54,388 bases of DNA from positions 1 through 54,388 of IMG/VR virus record IMGVR_UViG_3300007352_000003. The stretch is one strand, 5' to 3'. The position numbers were made by a program, and so were the translations under genes. Positions 24,974 to 32,481 of this stretch are shown here, one piece after another (positions within the stretch are counted from its first letter, which is position 1; each line of letters begins with the position of its first letter). The notes under the pieces are model-generated. The model searched no databases, was not told where the DNA came from, and saw only the letters and a program-made list of their open reading frames with translations. This stretch comes from a virus.

Positions 24974-25237
24974 TCACGGGCCAGAGGACCGCATACCAAT
25001 GTTTTTCGGTGGGCTCGGGTGGTAGCTTGCCGTATCATGGCCGGGTTCCCATCCAGTATCTACATGCCTGCTAATGTGGATTCCTCCGCGCGGTCCGCGC
25101 GTCGCCTTGTAGCGCAGAGTGTCACCGGATCGGAGTCGGATTGGGTAGCTCCAGCCGACAGGCGAGCCGTTCAGGCGGCAATCCTGTACTGCGTCGGCTT
25201 TCGCGTCGGCTATCAATCGGGTTAGTTCGTTTGCCAC
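24974..25237 (-). CDS. hypothetical protein (87 aa)
   Basis: The GTG at 25237 has AAGGAG 6 nt upstream, within track ORF 24974-25351. Confidence 0.45.
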   Translation of the reverse strand: MANELTRLIADAKADAVQDCRLNGSPVGWSYPIRLRSGDTLRYKATRGPRGGIHISRHVDTGWEPGHDTASYHPSPPKNIGMRSSGP

Positions 25238-25277
25238 GTCATTCTCCTTGTTGTGCCGTTGCCGGCGGGTGGGGTTA
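25238..25277 (-). repeat. conserved inter-ORF spacer copy 2 (TAACCCCACCCGCCGGCAACGGCACAACAAGGAGAATGAC)
   Basis: Near-identical to 25455-25498 apart from a 3-nt indel and 3 substitutions. It spans the stop of one ORF, the RBS, and the start of the next. Confidence 0.9.
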
Positions 25278-25454
25278 CTGGATCGCAAAATCTGAGATTT
25301 CAGGGAATCGCCGGCGAGCTTCAGCCAATGCCTCTTCATCGCTGCGGGCATCCAGCCAGCACTCGAAGGCGGGCATGCTCCCGTATCGCAGGAAAATCAG
25401 ATACTGCGGCTGGTCCGGCGTGCCTCGGCTGGTCGTGTTGCGTTCGATAAGCAT
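25275..25454 (-). CDS. hypothetical protein (59 aa, below the track cut-off)
   Basis: Read manually: MLIERNTTSRGTPDQPQYLIFLRYGSMPAFECWLDARSDEEALAEARRRFPEISDFAIQ. The ATG has AAGGGAG upstream. Confidence 0.45.
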   Translation of the reverse strand: MLIERNTTSRGTPDQPQYLIFLRYGSMPAFECWLDARSDEEALAEARRRFPEISDFAIQ

Positions 25455-25499
25455 GTCGTTCTCCCTTGGGGTTGTGCCGTTGCTGGCGGGTGGGGTTAG
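25455..25499 (-). repeat. conserved inter-ORF spacer copy 1 (TAACCCCACCCGCCAGCAACGGCACAACCCCAAGGGAGAACGAC)
   Basis: See copy 2. The core ggcgggtggggtta lies at 25485-25498 on the + strand. Confidence 0.9.
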
Positions 25500-25727
25500 T
25501 CAGAGGTCACTGCCCGTGACTTCCCGGTAATGGTACGAGCAGAGGTCGTGATAATGCCCCTCAGCGTCTGGCCACGCCCGGGAGCTGGATCTGCCGCATT
25601 TCTCACATTGCGACACGGATGGCGTATTGCAGCGTTCATAGGATTCATTGATTTCTTCGTCCGAAATCTCGCAGTCGCCGTCGCATTGATCGGTGCTGAG
25701 CCCGCAGTGTATACAGTAGTCGTCCAC
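25500..25727 (-). CDS. acidic Cys-rich small protein
   Basis: 8 Cys (CIHCG, CDGDC, CEKCG) and many D/E. The GTG at 25727 has GAGGAG 8 nt upstream. The track start at 25763 lies inside a 14-bp hairpin stem and is unlikely. Confidence 0.5.
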   Translation of the reverse strand: MDDYCIHCGLSTDQCDGDCEISDEEINESYERCNTPSVSQCEKCGRSSSRAWPDAEGHYHDLCSYHYREVTGSDL

Positions 25728-25762
25728 GAATACGTCTCCTCGGGTTGGGGTTTCGAATAACA

Positions 25763-25798
25763 CCGCCAGGCCCCAGGCTTGCGACTGGGGCCTGGCGG
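25763..25798 (-). terminator. 14-bp perfect GC-rich hairpin after the acidic-protein gene
   Basis: ccgccaggccccag-gcttgcga-ctggggcctggcgg. On the minus strand it is followed by GUGUUAUUCG (moderately U-rich). Confidence 0.45.
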
Positions 25799-25800
25799 GG

Positions 25801-26079
25801 CTAGTCGGCTTTCGCGGATTCTACGGCCCTGTGCAGTTCATCGCACAATTCAGCGGGCTGACTATCGATATCCCAGATCGCTTCAGTTGGCCCTTCGCCG
25901 CCAACCGCAATTATCACATCCTCCTCCTCGATCCCCTCAATCAGCCAAAACTCCTGCTCTCCGGGCACCTCTAGCCGTTCCGCGGCCTCGGCCAACTGGA
26001 GCAACTCATAGGCGCATTCGTGGGTGTACTCGCCTTCAATAGCGGCGAGCAGCAATTTGATCACGGTGTCGTTAGTCAT
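25801..26079 (-). CDS. very acidic 92-aa protein (DNA-mimic-like composition)
   Basis: I count about 18 Glu and 6 Asp against 2 Lys and 2 Arg. GAGGAG RBS. The gene is directly downstream of the DUF932 gene. Confidence 0.6.
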   Translation of the reverse strand: MTNDTVIKLLLAAIEGEYTHECAYELLQLAEAAERLEVPGEQEFWLIEGIEEEDVIIAVGGEGPTEAIWDIDSQPAELCDELHRAVESAKAD

Positions 26080-26164
26080 GGCTCAATCTCCTCAATCTAG
26101 GGTTACTTCTCGGGTTCACGCCCCCAGACTCCCGCAAGAGCCAGGGGGCCTGCCCCGAAGGCCC

Positions 26165-27277
26165 TCAATTCACAAGCTGCAAAGCGGCCTGGTATGCCTG
26201 ATTCTTCAACTGCGCCCCGCTGCCAAACCAATTGCTCTGCAATCGGTTCTCCGCCCGCTCCTGGTCGTTGCGGCCCCTGCTCTTGCGGTCATGGTCGACG
26301 TATTCGGTAACCGCGTTTAGCGCGCTCCACGCGCTGTGTTCAATGCCCGGGAGGTTGTTCCGCTCACTCTCGTAATTCTCCATAATCTGCTGGAGAATCC
26401 CGCGGTTGCGGTTTGCCTCCGCCTCCGTGCGGGCGAAGTGGCCGGCGAGCAGCTCGCTAACTATCTCGGCGTGTCCCGTCTGCTGATCGAGAATGGAGTC
26501 AAGCAGTCCCGCTCCCATTGCATGCCGGACTTCGTGCAGTGCCTGGGCGCGGCTTTCGGTCCGTGTTGGGAAAAGCTCCTGGAAGTAAGCACTACTCTCG
26601 GCGCTATTGAGCTTCCTCGCCGCCAGTGCCTGCATTGCCTGGCCGTGCTTGGCGAATTCCTCTTGGATCAACCCCAGCGTCTTGCGCGCCTGTCCAAGCC
26701 GTTCCTTGGCGTTCGCTGTGTGCCTGATGTTCAACGTCCGCTCCCGTCCGGTGGCAATGGCAGCCGTGAGCGTGTTCCAGCAAACTACCCTGGTGGCCGT
26801 GGGCAGAATCTTGATGGCGTTGCACCCGTCGTGTCCGGTGCTGGCCAGTGCGTAGGGGTAGCTAACATCGTCCCTCCCCACCCTCGCCTCGCCGGGCATC
26901 CTGGCCAGCATCCAAACCCGCTTGCCCCCCTTCAACGCGCCGGCGCTCTCGTATTTCATCCCCTCGGCCGTCAAGCTGTCGAGGAACTCGAAGACGTGTC
27001 GGTTCTGGAAGGGCGTGTAACCCGGTCCGACCACCCCTAGCACTCGGCCAATGTCTTCCCTCACGATTGCCCGGTAATCGTCGCAGTCAATGCTTGCCCG
27101 GTCCTCAGTCCAAGTCGTGAGCGGGTACATGCCGACAGACCAATTTTGCCCCGCAAGCTCAATAGCCTGCTCAGCCGTCTGTGCCTCGGCTACGGTGGTT
27201 CCCAGGCCGTGCCAAGCTGGCTTGCCGGTGGTGAATACTGCGGCGCGTCCAAGTGAGAAGTCGATTTCGTGTGACAT
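26165..27277 (-). CDS. DUF932-family (phage/plasmid-like, TIGR03299-type) protein
   Basis: KPAWHGLG near the N-terminus, then YALASTGHDGCNAIKILPTATRVVCWNT, typical of DUF932. AGGAG RBS. Confidence 0.75.
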   Translation of the reverse strand: MSHEIDFSLGRAAVFTTGKPAWHGLGTTVAEAQTAEQAIELAGQNWSVGMYPLTTWTEDRASIDCDDYRAIVREDIGRVLGVVGPGYTPFQNRHVFEFLDSLTAEGMKYESAGALKGGKRVWMLARMPGEARVGRDDVSYPYALASTGHDGCNAIKILPTATRVVCWNTLTAAIATGRERTLNIRHTANAKERLGQARKTLGLIQEEFAKHGQAMQALAARKLNSAESSAYFQELFPTRTESRAQALHEVRHAMGAGLLDSILDQQTGHAEIVSELLAGHFARTEAEANRNRGILQQIMENYESERNNLPGIEHSAWSALNAVTEYVDHDRKSRGRNDQERAENRLQSNWFGSGAQLKNQAYQAALQLVN

Positions 27278-27373
27278 GACTCAAGCTCCTTGTGTTGTGG
27301 TTCAGCCGGTCCTCAGAGCCGGCCTGTGTGGTACTCTCACATAGTTATAGTCCGCCGACCCCATGCAGGTCAA

Positions 27374-27404
27374 GGAAATTCTGGCTGCCGCGCGCGGAAT
27401 TTCC
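27374..27404. repeat. inverted repeat GGAAATTC-N15-GAATTTCC in the divergent control region
   Basis: Read directly, about 100 nt upstream of the DUF932 start. Confidence 0.7.
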
Positions 27405-27601
27405 CAAAATACCTCGGAAGTAGTAATATTCTCCGCGTTTCACGCCATATATATGCTGTTTCAGCCTGCCTCGGGGATGTGGTCGAGTCTGAGCCGTCTT
27501 CGCCTGATCGCTCCTGCAGGTCGCTCACTTGGTCGCCCGCTCGCTTGGCCAGCTCGTCATCCGCTCGCCCGGTCGCATTCGGATCGCAGGGGAGAAGCCG
27601 A

Positions 27602-27725
27602 TGTAGTCACTGTAGTCACATGGTGCATATCCTTTGCACCGCAAAGTATCGGTCGTATGGGTGCAAAGTGCTCAACCCTACCGGCTGTGCAAAGTAGCAC
27701 ACACAGCCCATTGGTGCATCCTTTC
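27602..27725. promoter_or_regulatory. cluster of short direct and inverted repeats (operator-, iteron- or pac-like)
   Basis: TGTAGTCAC x2 in tandem (27602-27619). TGGTGCAT..CCTTT x2 (27621, 27712). GCAAAGT x3 (27641, 27663, 27689). CTTTGC-acc-GCAAAG palindrome. Confidence 0.6.
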
Positions 27726-27923
27726 CCCGTGGCTCGCCTTGGGGGTGGCGTTTTCTCGGGGAAAAGAGCCCTGGGGCCCCCCGAGTCGTCCGGGATGCGA
27801 TCCACGGCCCCCGGCCGCGCGCCGACGACACGCGTTAGTATTCCTCTCTAGTCAGATTTGGATTCCGGTATTAGACTAGGCGGCTACGGCAAGTTTGGGA
27901 ACACCAAGCAAGGGAGTAGGTTG

Positions 27924-28571
27924 ATGAAGGACATGGAAGAGGCGAACGCGGCGGCGTTGGAGGAGCAGAGCCGCAGGATACGGTTGCGGGAGACATGGGA
28001 GCGTCAGGGTCGGTGGGAAGAGGCGAGTGCATTTTTGGAGGGGGTACGGGAGAAGGTGATAGCTCAGGGGATGCTGGAGCCGGAGGCGTCGGCATTTGCG
28101 TGGACGCGGGCGGAGATAGCGTATCCTTTGAAGCTGGAGGGGAATCGGTTTGGGGAGAAGAAGGGGAGGTGGAAGCAGCAAGGGGGGAAAGAGGCGAAAG
28201 AGGTTTTGGAGCAGTACGGGGACCCTCAGGGCCAGCCGGACTTACGGGTGCCGAAGTCATGGGGGTCGTTGCCGGGTGGTGTACGGGAGCGGGAGGAGGT
28301 GGAGTGGGTCGCGCAGAACATTGGTTTGGTGGTAAAGGACCGGGGTCAGAAGCCGCGGTATGTTTTGCAGCGGGCGTTGCGGCCGGCGCCGAGTCATCGG
28401 GCATTGAATTTCTTGGCATTTGCGGTGGGGAACTGGAACACGTTTTGGAAGGACGTGTATCCGAAGTATACTGCGGGCAGTGACGAGGAGCGGGACGGGG
28501 GGCGTCGGGAGCGGATGAAGATTGAGGAGATCAGTCGGATTTTGGACGAAATGGAGGTGGTAGTCGAGTGA
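27924..28571 (+). CDS. hypothetical protein, small terminase candidate by position only
   Basis: The ATG at 27924 has aagggag upstream. The 3-prime end overlaps the start of the large terminase by 4 nt. The protein is charged and helical-looking. Confidence 0.4.
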   Translation: MKDMEEANAAALEEQSRRIRLRETWERQGRWEEASAFLEGVREKVIAQGMLEPEASAFAWTRAEIAYPLKLEGNRFGEKKGRWKQQGGKEAKEVLEQYGDPQGQPDLRVPKSWGSLPGGVREREEVEWVAQNIGLVVKDRGQKPRYVLQRALRPAPSHRALNFLAFAVGNWNTFWKDVYPKYTAGSDEERDGGRRERMKIEEISRILDEMEVVVE

Positions 28572-30526
28572 TCGGGGTTGGTCCATTCATCAGCCGCGTG
28601 CCGAAGAACCCTGTCGCCAATCTTCAATGGCGGCGGAAGGTGCGGCGGATAGCCGATCGTGACGCGGGCGCCCGGCGGGCTCTGTACGACGGCTGCATGT
28701 GCGACCTGCTCTTCTTCCTCAACTTCGCCGGCTGGTGTTACGAGCCGCGGGCGGTGCAGAAGATTAAGCCGTTCGTGACGTGGCCGCACCAGGACCCGGT
28801 GGCGTTGGCGATGGATGAGGCGATCGACGTCGCTCAGGAGCGGTTCGACACGACTCAGGAGCCGCTGGATGTTCTCTTGGAGAAGTCGCGGGCGCAGGGT
28901 GGGACGTATCTCTACCTGAACATTTTCTTGCGGCGGTGGCTGCGCGACCCGATGTTTTCGGCGGGGCTGGTGACGCGGAATGAGGACCTGGTGGACTCAC
29001 TGCGGGACGCCGACACGATCTTGTGGAAGTTCGACTGGGCGTTGCGGATGCTGCCTGAGTGGCTGATACCGCGGGGGTTTGACTGGCGGACGCACCGGTC
29101 GTTGACGGACCACTCGCGGGTGAACCCGGAGACGGGGGCGTTGGTGGTCGGCTACTCGGCGAATCAGGACGTAGGCCGCGGTGGGCGCAAGACGGTGTTT
29201 GCCTGTGACGAGATCGGCGCCAAGGACTTCATCAAAGGTGGCAAGGACCGGGCGGTGTTAGAGGCCCTGCATGACGTGGCCAACTGTCTCTTCCTGGTTT
29301 CGACCTTCGGGGCGGACTCTGGGGTGTTCTTTGAAGCCTGCCAGGAAGAGGCGGGGGACGGGGTGCATCTGGTCCTGGACTGGCGGGACAATCCGATTCA
29401 GAACCGGCTGGCCTACACCATGCGGGATGGGCAGCCGGTGGCCAAGCGGGCGGCGGAACAAGAGGCGGTGACGAAGTACGTGCAGGCCAACCGGGAGCGG
29501 ATCAAGCGGCTGGAGGTTCGGGGTTACAAGGTGGAGGGTCACGAACGATCGCCTTGGTACGACAGCCGCTGTTTGCGAAAGACGGCCACGCCACGGTTGA
29601 TCGCGCAGGAGCTGGACCGCAACCCGCGGGGGGCGGTGGGCAAGGTGTTTGACCTCAGAGTCTTGGACCGGATGAAGGCCGAGCATTGCCGGCCGCCAGT
29701 CTGGCGGGGGAAGATCGTCTTCGACGAGGAGACGTTGGAGGTCAAGGGGCTGATCCGGCAGGACAACGGCCCGCTGGAGTTGTGGTTCGAACCCAGCCTG
29801 GAACGCAAGGCGCCCCAGGGGCTCTACGCCCTGGCGTGCGACATCGCGGCCGGCGGCGTGAGCAATTACGCTTCCAACTCAGTGGCTTGCGGCGTCGACC
29901 GGCTCACCGGCGCCCAAGTTTTGCAGTATACGGTGATGGGCCTGTTGGGGGCGAAGTTTGCCCGGATCGTGGTGGGGCTGGCCCGCTGGCTGTCGAACGC
30001 CTACCTTGGCTGGGAGGATTCGGGGATTGCCTCGCCTTTCGGCCGGGAGGTTGTTGAGGTTCTCCAGTACGGTAACATCTACTATCGGCCCGAGAAGACG
30101 CTGGGCCGATGGAAAAAGACGGCCAAGCCGGGTTGGTGGCCGGGGAGCGACGACGAGAAGGGGGTGCTTCTGGAGTCCCTGTGCATCGCCATGGATGACG
30201 GCAAGTTCATTCCGCGATCCGAAGAGCTGGTGGTAGAATGCGGAGAGTATGAGTGGGAGAACGGCAAGATCGTGCATCGCGCGTCTTCGCAGACCCTCTC
30301 GGCTTCAGAGGGCCGGGCGCACGGGGACCGTTGTATCGCGGCGGGTGTGGCGTGGTTGTTGATGGACGATCGGCCGGTCGGGGTTGTAGAGCAAGAGGCG
30401 AAGGAGACGCCCAAAGCGGAAGTCGGGTCCTGGGCCTGGTGTGACGAGCAGGAGGCGAAGGAGCGGCGGCTGTGGTCGGATGACGAGCCGCAGTTTGAGT
30501 TAGGGGACCTCTTAAGGATCGCGTGA
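28568..30526 (+). CDS. terL: terminase large subunit
   Basis: FVTWPHQ, Walker-A-like LLEKSRAQGGT, Walker B VFACDEIG, and a nuclease-domain Asp in ALACDIAAGG. Size is 652 aa. Confidence 0.75.
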   Translation: MIGVGPFISRVPKNPVANLQWRRKVRRIADRDAGARRALYDGCMCDLLFFLNFAGWCYEPRAVQKIKPFVTWPHQDPVALAMDEAIDVAQERFDTTQEPLDVLLEKSRAQGGTYLYLNIFLRRWLRDPMFSAGLVTRNEDLVDSLRDADTILWKFDWALRMLPEWLIPRGFDWRTHRSLTDHSRVNPETGALVVGYSANQDVGRGGRKTVFACDEIGAKDFIKGGKDRAVLEALHDVANCLFLVSTFGADSGVFFEACQEEAGDGVHLVLDWRDNPIQNRLAYTMRDGQPVAKRAAEQEAVTKYVQANRERIKRLEVRGYKVEGHERSPWYDSRCLRKTATPRLIAQELDRNPRGAVGKVFDLRVLDRMKAEHCRPPVWRGKIVFDEETLEVKGLIRQDNGPLELWFEPSLERKAPQGLYALACDIAAGGVSNYASNSVACGVDRLTGAQVLQYTVMGLLGAKFARIVVGLARWLSNAYLGWEDSGIASPFGREVVEVLQYGNIYYRPEKTLGRWKKTAKPGWWPGSDDEKGVLLESLCIAMDDGKFIPRSEELVVECGEYEWENGKIVHRASSQTLSASEGRAHGDRCIAAGVAWLLMDDRPVGVVEQEAKETPKAEVGSWAWCDEQEAKERRLWSDDEPQFELGDLLRIA

Positions 30527-30540
30527 AAAAGGAGACTGAC

Positions 30541-30975
30541 GTGTTTGAAGAGGCTGTGGATGAAGTAATTTGCGAGGTTTTGCGGGTTGCTTCTGGTTTG
30601 CGGTGTGGGCTGACGGGAGCCGTGGTGGCAGCCAATGATCTATTGGAGGTTTATCGAAAGCTTTCTACTTTGAAGGAAGCTTGGAAAGGTGGGCCGATCA
30701 ATACTGGCGTTGACGAAGCCTGCAAGATGAGTCGAACGATCCGGTTGATCCGGACGGATTATTACTTTCGAGGCCAGCCCGTGTTCGTCGTGTCCAGCGG
30801 CAGCGAGGCTATTGACTTTGCCACGCTGGAGGTCTGGCGGGCCAGAATACACAGGTTTATAGATCCGCGGAAGCTTTTTGATATACTGCCCCCTCCCAAG
30901 TCAGTGAACTACATCGACGTTCAGACAGAGTCCTTCGCTCCTGCAAAGGACCCTTTTGCCCTGGCAAACGTCTAA
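30541..30975 (+). CDS. hypothetical protein
   Basis: The in-frame GTG at 30541 has AAGGAG 7 nt upstream. The track start at 30523 is also possible. Confidence 0.5.
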   Translation: MFEEAVDEVICEVLRVASGLRCGLTGAVVAANDLLEVYRKLSTLKEAWKGGPINTGVDEACKMSRTIRLIRTDYYFRGQPVFVVSSGSEAIDFATLEVWRARIHRFIDPRKLFDILPPPKSVNYIDVQTESFAPAKDPFALANV

Positions 30976-31029
30976 TTCTCTTGACACGGGGGGGGCGTGT
31001 TGGTATGACTGCGGGGGTAAGGGGAATAT

Positions 31030-31389
31030 ATGAGTGACTCAGCACCATCCACCGCCAACGGCAACGGCAAGGCGAAGCCGCCTAAGTTCGCGGCGCGAGG
31101 CCAAGCCGCCCAATACATTTTCGAGCCGACCGGCGACATCAACGTTCACGAGTTGGCCCAGTGTCAGCCGCTGTTGCTGGTGGGGGTGCTGGGCGCGACG
31201 GGGATGGGTTTGTTGGCCTTGAGCGGCCAGCCGCGGACGATGGCGATTTTCCCGCCGCCGCCGGTAGTGGACGCGATCTACGAAGGGCTGCCCAAGGGCG
31301 CCAAGCGGCATTTTCGGGCGGTGCGTCTGGAGACGGGGGTTGTGGAGGTAAAGAAGCCGGGGTTGGTGTTGCCGGAGGGGGCGAAGTGA
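31030..31389 (+). CDS. hypothetical protein
   Basis: ATG with aagggga upstream. Central hydrophobic stretch LLLVGVLGATGMGLLAL. Confidence 0.5.
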   Translation: MSDSAPSTANGNGKAKPPKFAARGQAAQYIFEPTGDINVHELAQCQPLLLVGVLGATGMGLLALSGQPRTMAIFPPPPVVDAIYEGLPKGAKRHFRAVRLETGVVEVKKPGLVLPEGAK

Positions 31390-31592
31390 TGTTGGAAATC
31401 TCGCGAGAAGATTTGGCCGCTTTGGTTCACTGTACTGAAGAACACCTTCATTATCGCGGGGTGGAGATGGGGGCTGAGTTACCGGCCCACGAGTTGCGGG
31501 CGATTGCGAATGCGTGGAAGCTCTTGGGGAAAGAACCGCCTCCGTTTTTTTATCGCAGGATCAAGGCCCATTTGAGCAAGAGCGGGGAATAG
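31389..31592 (+). CDS. hypothetical protein (67 aa)
   Basis: TGATG overlap with the previous gene. This is an internal start of track ORF 31161-31592. Confidence 0.45.
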   Translation: MLEISREDLAALVHCTEEHLHYRGVEMGAELPAHELRAIANAWKLLGKEPPPFFYRRIKAHLSKSGE

Positions 31593-31593
31593 G

Positions 31594-31923
31594 ATGAAGC
31601 GGCGTGGATTTCTGGCAACTTGCGTGGCGGCGGTGCTGGCTCCGCTGGGGTTGATGCGGAAGCCGAAACCAAAGGTGGTGACAATGCAGGATATAGCCAT
31701 AGACTGGATTTCGCCGCCGCTGAAGCCACGTGGCCCTAAGTTGTCGGAAGCAGAACTGGCTGAATTCGCGGAAGTCGCCAAGATTGAGTTACTCGCGGAA
31801 GTCGCCAAGATTGAGTTACTGGCTTGGCGTCCGCCCTCGAAACCCTGGAAGCCTTTTGGGCTCAAGTATTGGTTGACGGACGGAAAAGGGAACACCTCCG
31901 ACTATCGCCGCATGGGGAAGTAG
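31594..31923 (+). CDS. protein with twin-arginine-like signal peptide
   Basis: MKRRGFLATCVAAVLAPLG matches the Tat pattern RR-x-F-L followed by a hydrophobic core. It contains a 9-aa tandem duplication. Confidence 0.55.
   Translation: MKRRGFLATCVAAVLAPLGLMRKPKPKVVTMQDIAIDWISPPLKPRGPKLSEAELAEFAEVAKIELLAEVAKIELLAWRPPSKPWKPFGLKYWLTDGKGNTSDYRRMGK
31768..31821 (+). repeat. tandem in-frame duplication, 2 x 27 bp (26/27 identical)
   Basis: gcggaagtcgccaagattgagttactc occurs twice, encoding AEVAKIELL AEVAKIELL. Confidence 0.95.
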
Positions 31924-31985
31924 CATCCCGCTTGGCTCATAACCAAGAAACTCCGGTGCAAGCACCGCAACCGGCCATTTGATCT

Positions 31986-32014
31986 TTGACAGACGATTCA
32001 CGGGCAACTTCACT
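31986..32014 (+). promoter_or_regulatory. sigma70-like promoter candidate for the lipoprotein moron
   Basis: TTGACA (31986-31991), a 17-nt spacer, then TTCACT (32009-32014). The -10 is weak and the host sigma specificity is unknown. Confidence 0.25.
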
Positions 32015-32147
32015 GAGTCGCCGGCCAGCGCGCAGTGAGGGGCCAAGACACCAAGCCCTGACGGGGGCCGTCAACCCTGTTGGGGCTTCTTGTGTTTCTT
32101 GGCCCGCCCTTTTACACCCTTTCCCCCGCGAACCTTTGGAGCACGTC

Positions 32148-32348
32148 ATGAAACGCTTGATCCTGATCCTGGCTGTCGTCGCCTGCTGCTTCTCCTTCCC
32201 CTTAGAGGCCGCCGCCTGCGGTCGACGCCCGGTTTTGCGGGCGGCCGTCGCCGCGCCGCGGGCCGTGCTGCGGGTCCGCCCGGTGCGACGGGTGCTGGTG
32301 CGGGCTGCCAAGGCGAGGCCGGTGAGAACCGTTCTGTTCGGGAGGTAA
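32148..32348 (+). CDS. small lipoprotein with Arg-rich mature part
   Basis: MKRLILILAVVAC has a lipobox-like VVA-C. The mature part is repetitive (RRPVLRAAVAAPRAVLRVRPVRRVLVRAAKARPVR). Confidence 0.5.
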   Translation: MKRLILILAVVACCFSFPLEAAACGRRPVLRAAVAAPRAVLRVRPVRRVLVRAAKARPVRTVLFGR

Positions 32349-32412
32349 TCCAAAACACCCACAATCCAAACCGGGCACCTCGGGCTGATCCCCCGCGGCA
32401 TGCCAACACCTA

Positions 32413-32448
32413 AGGCCAGTGGCGGCCACTCGTCACTGGCCTTTTTTG
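32413..32448 (+). terminator. intrinsic terminator
   Basis: aggccagtg-gcggccactcgt-cactggcct followed by TTTTTT. It lies inside the N-terminal extension of track ORF 32419, which argues for the portal start at 32482. Confidence 0.7.
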
Positions 32449-32481
32449 TTGGCCGCCCGGTGGTTTTTTAACGCGGTTGCC

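Noticed and set aside
27363-27851. 162-aa + strand ORF, with overlapping ORFs 27290-27697 and 27634-27879, in the divergent control region. Its N-terminus (MQVKEILAAARGISQNT) is faintly HTH-like.
   Set aside because: After about 25 residues the translation becomes Arg/Pro/Ser-rich. There is no RBS, and the HTH-like stretch coincides with the GGAAATTC/GAATTTCC inverted repeat. It is more likely non-coding.
32419-32481. N-terminal extension of the portal ORF as given in the track.
   Set aside because: It would run through a strong intrinsic terminator (32413-32448), and its sequence (MAATRHWPFLLAARWFFNAVA) is not protein-like. The ATG at 32482 is preferred.
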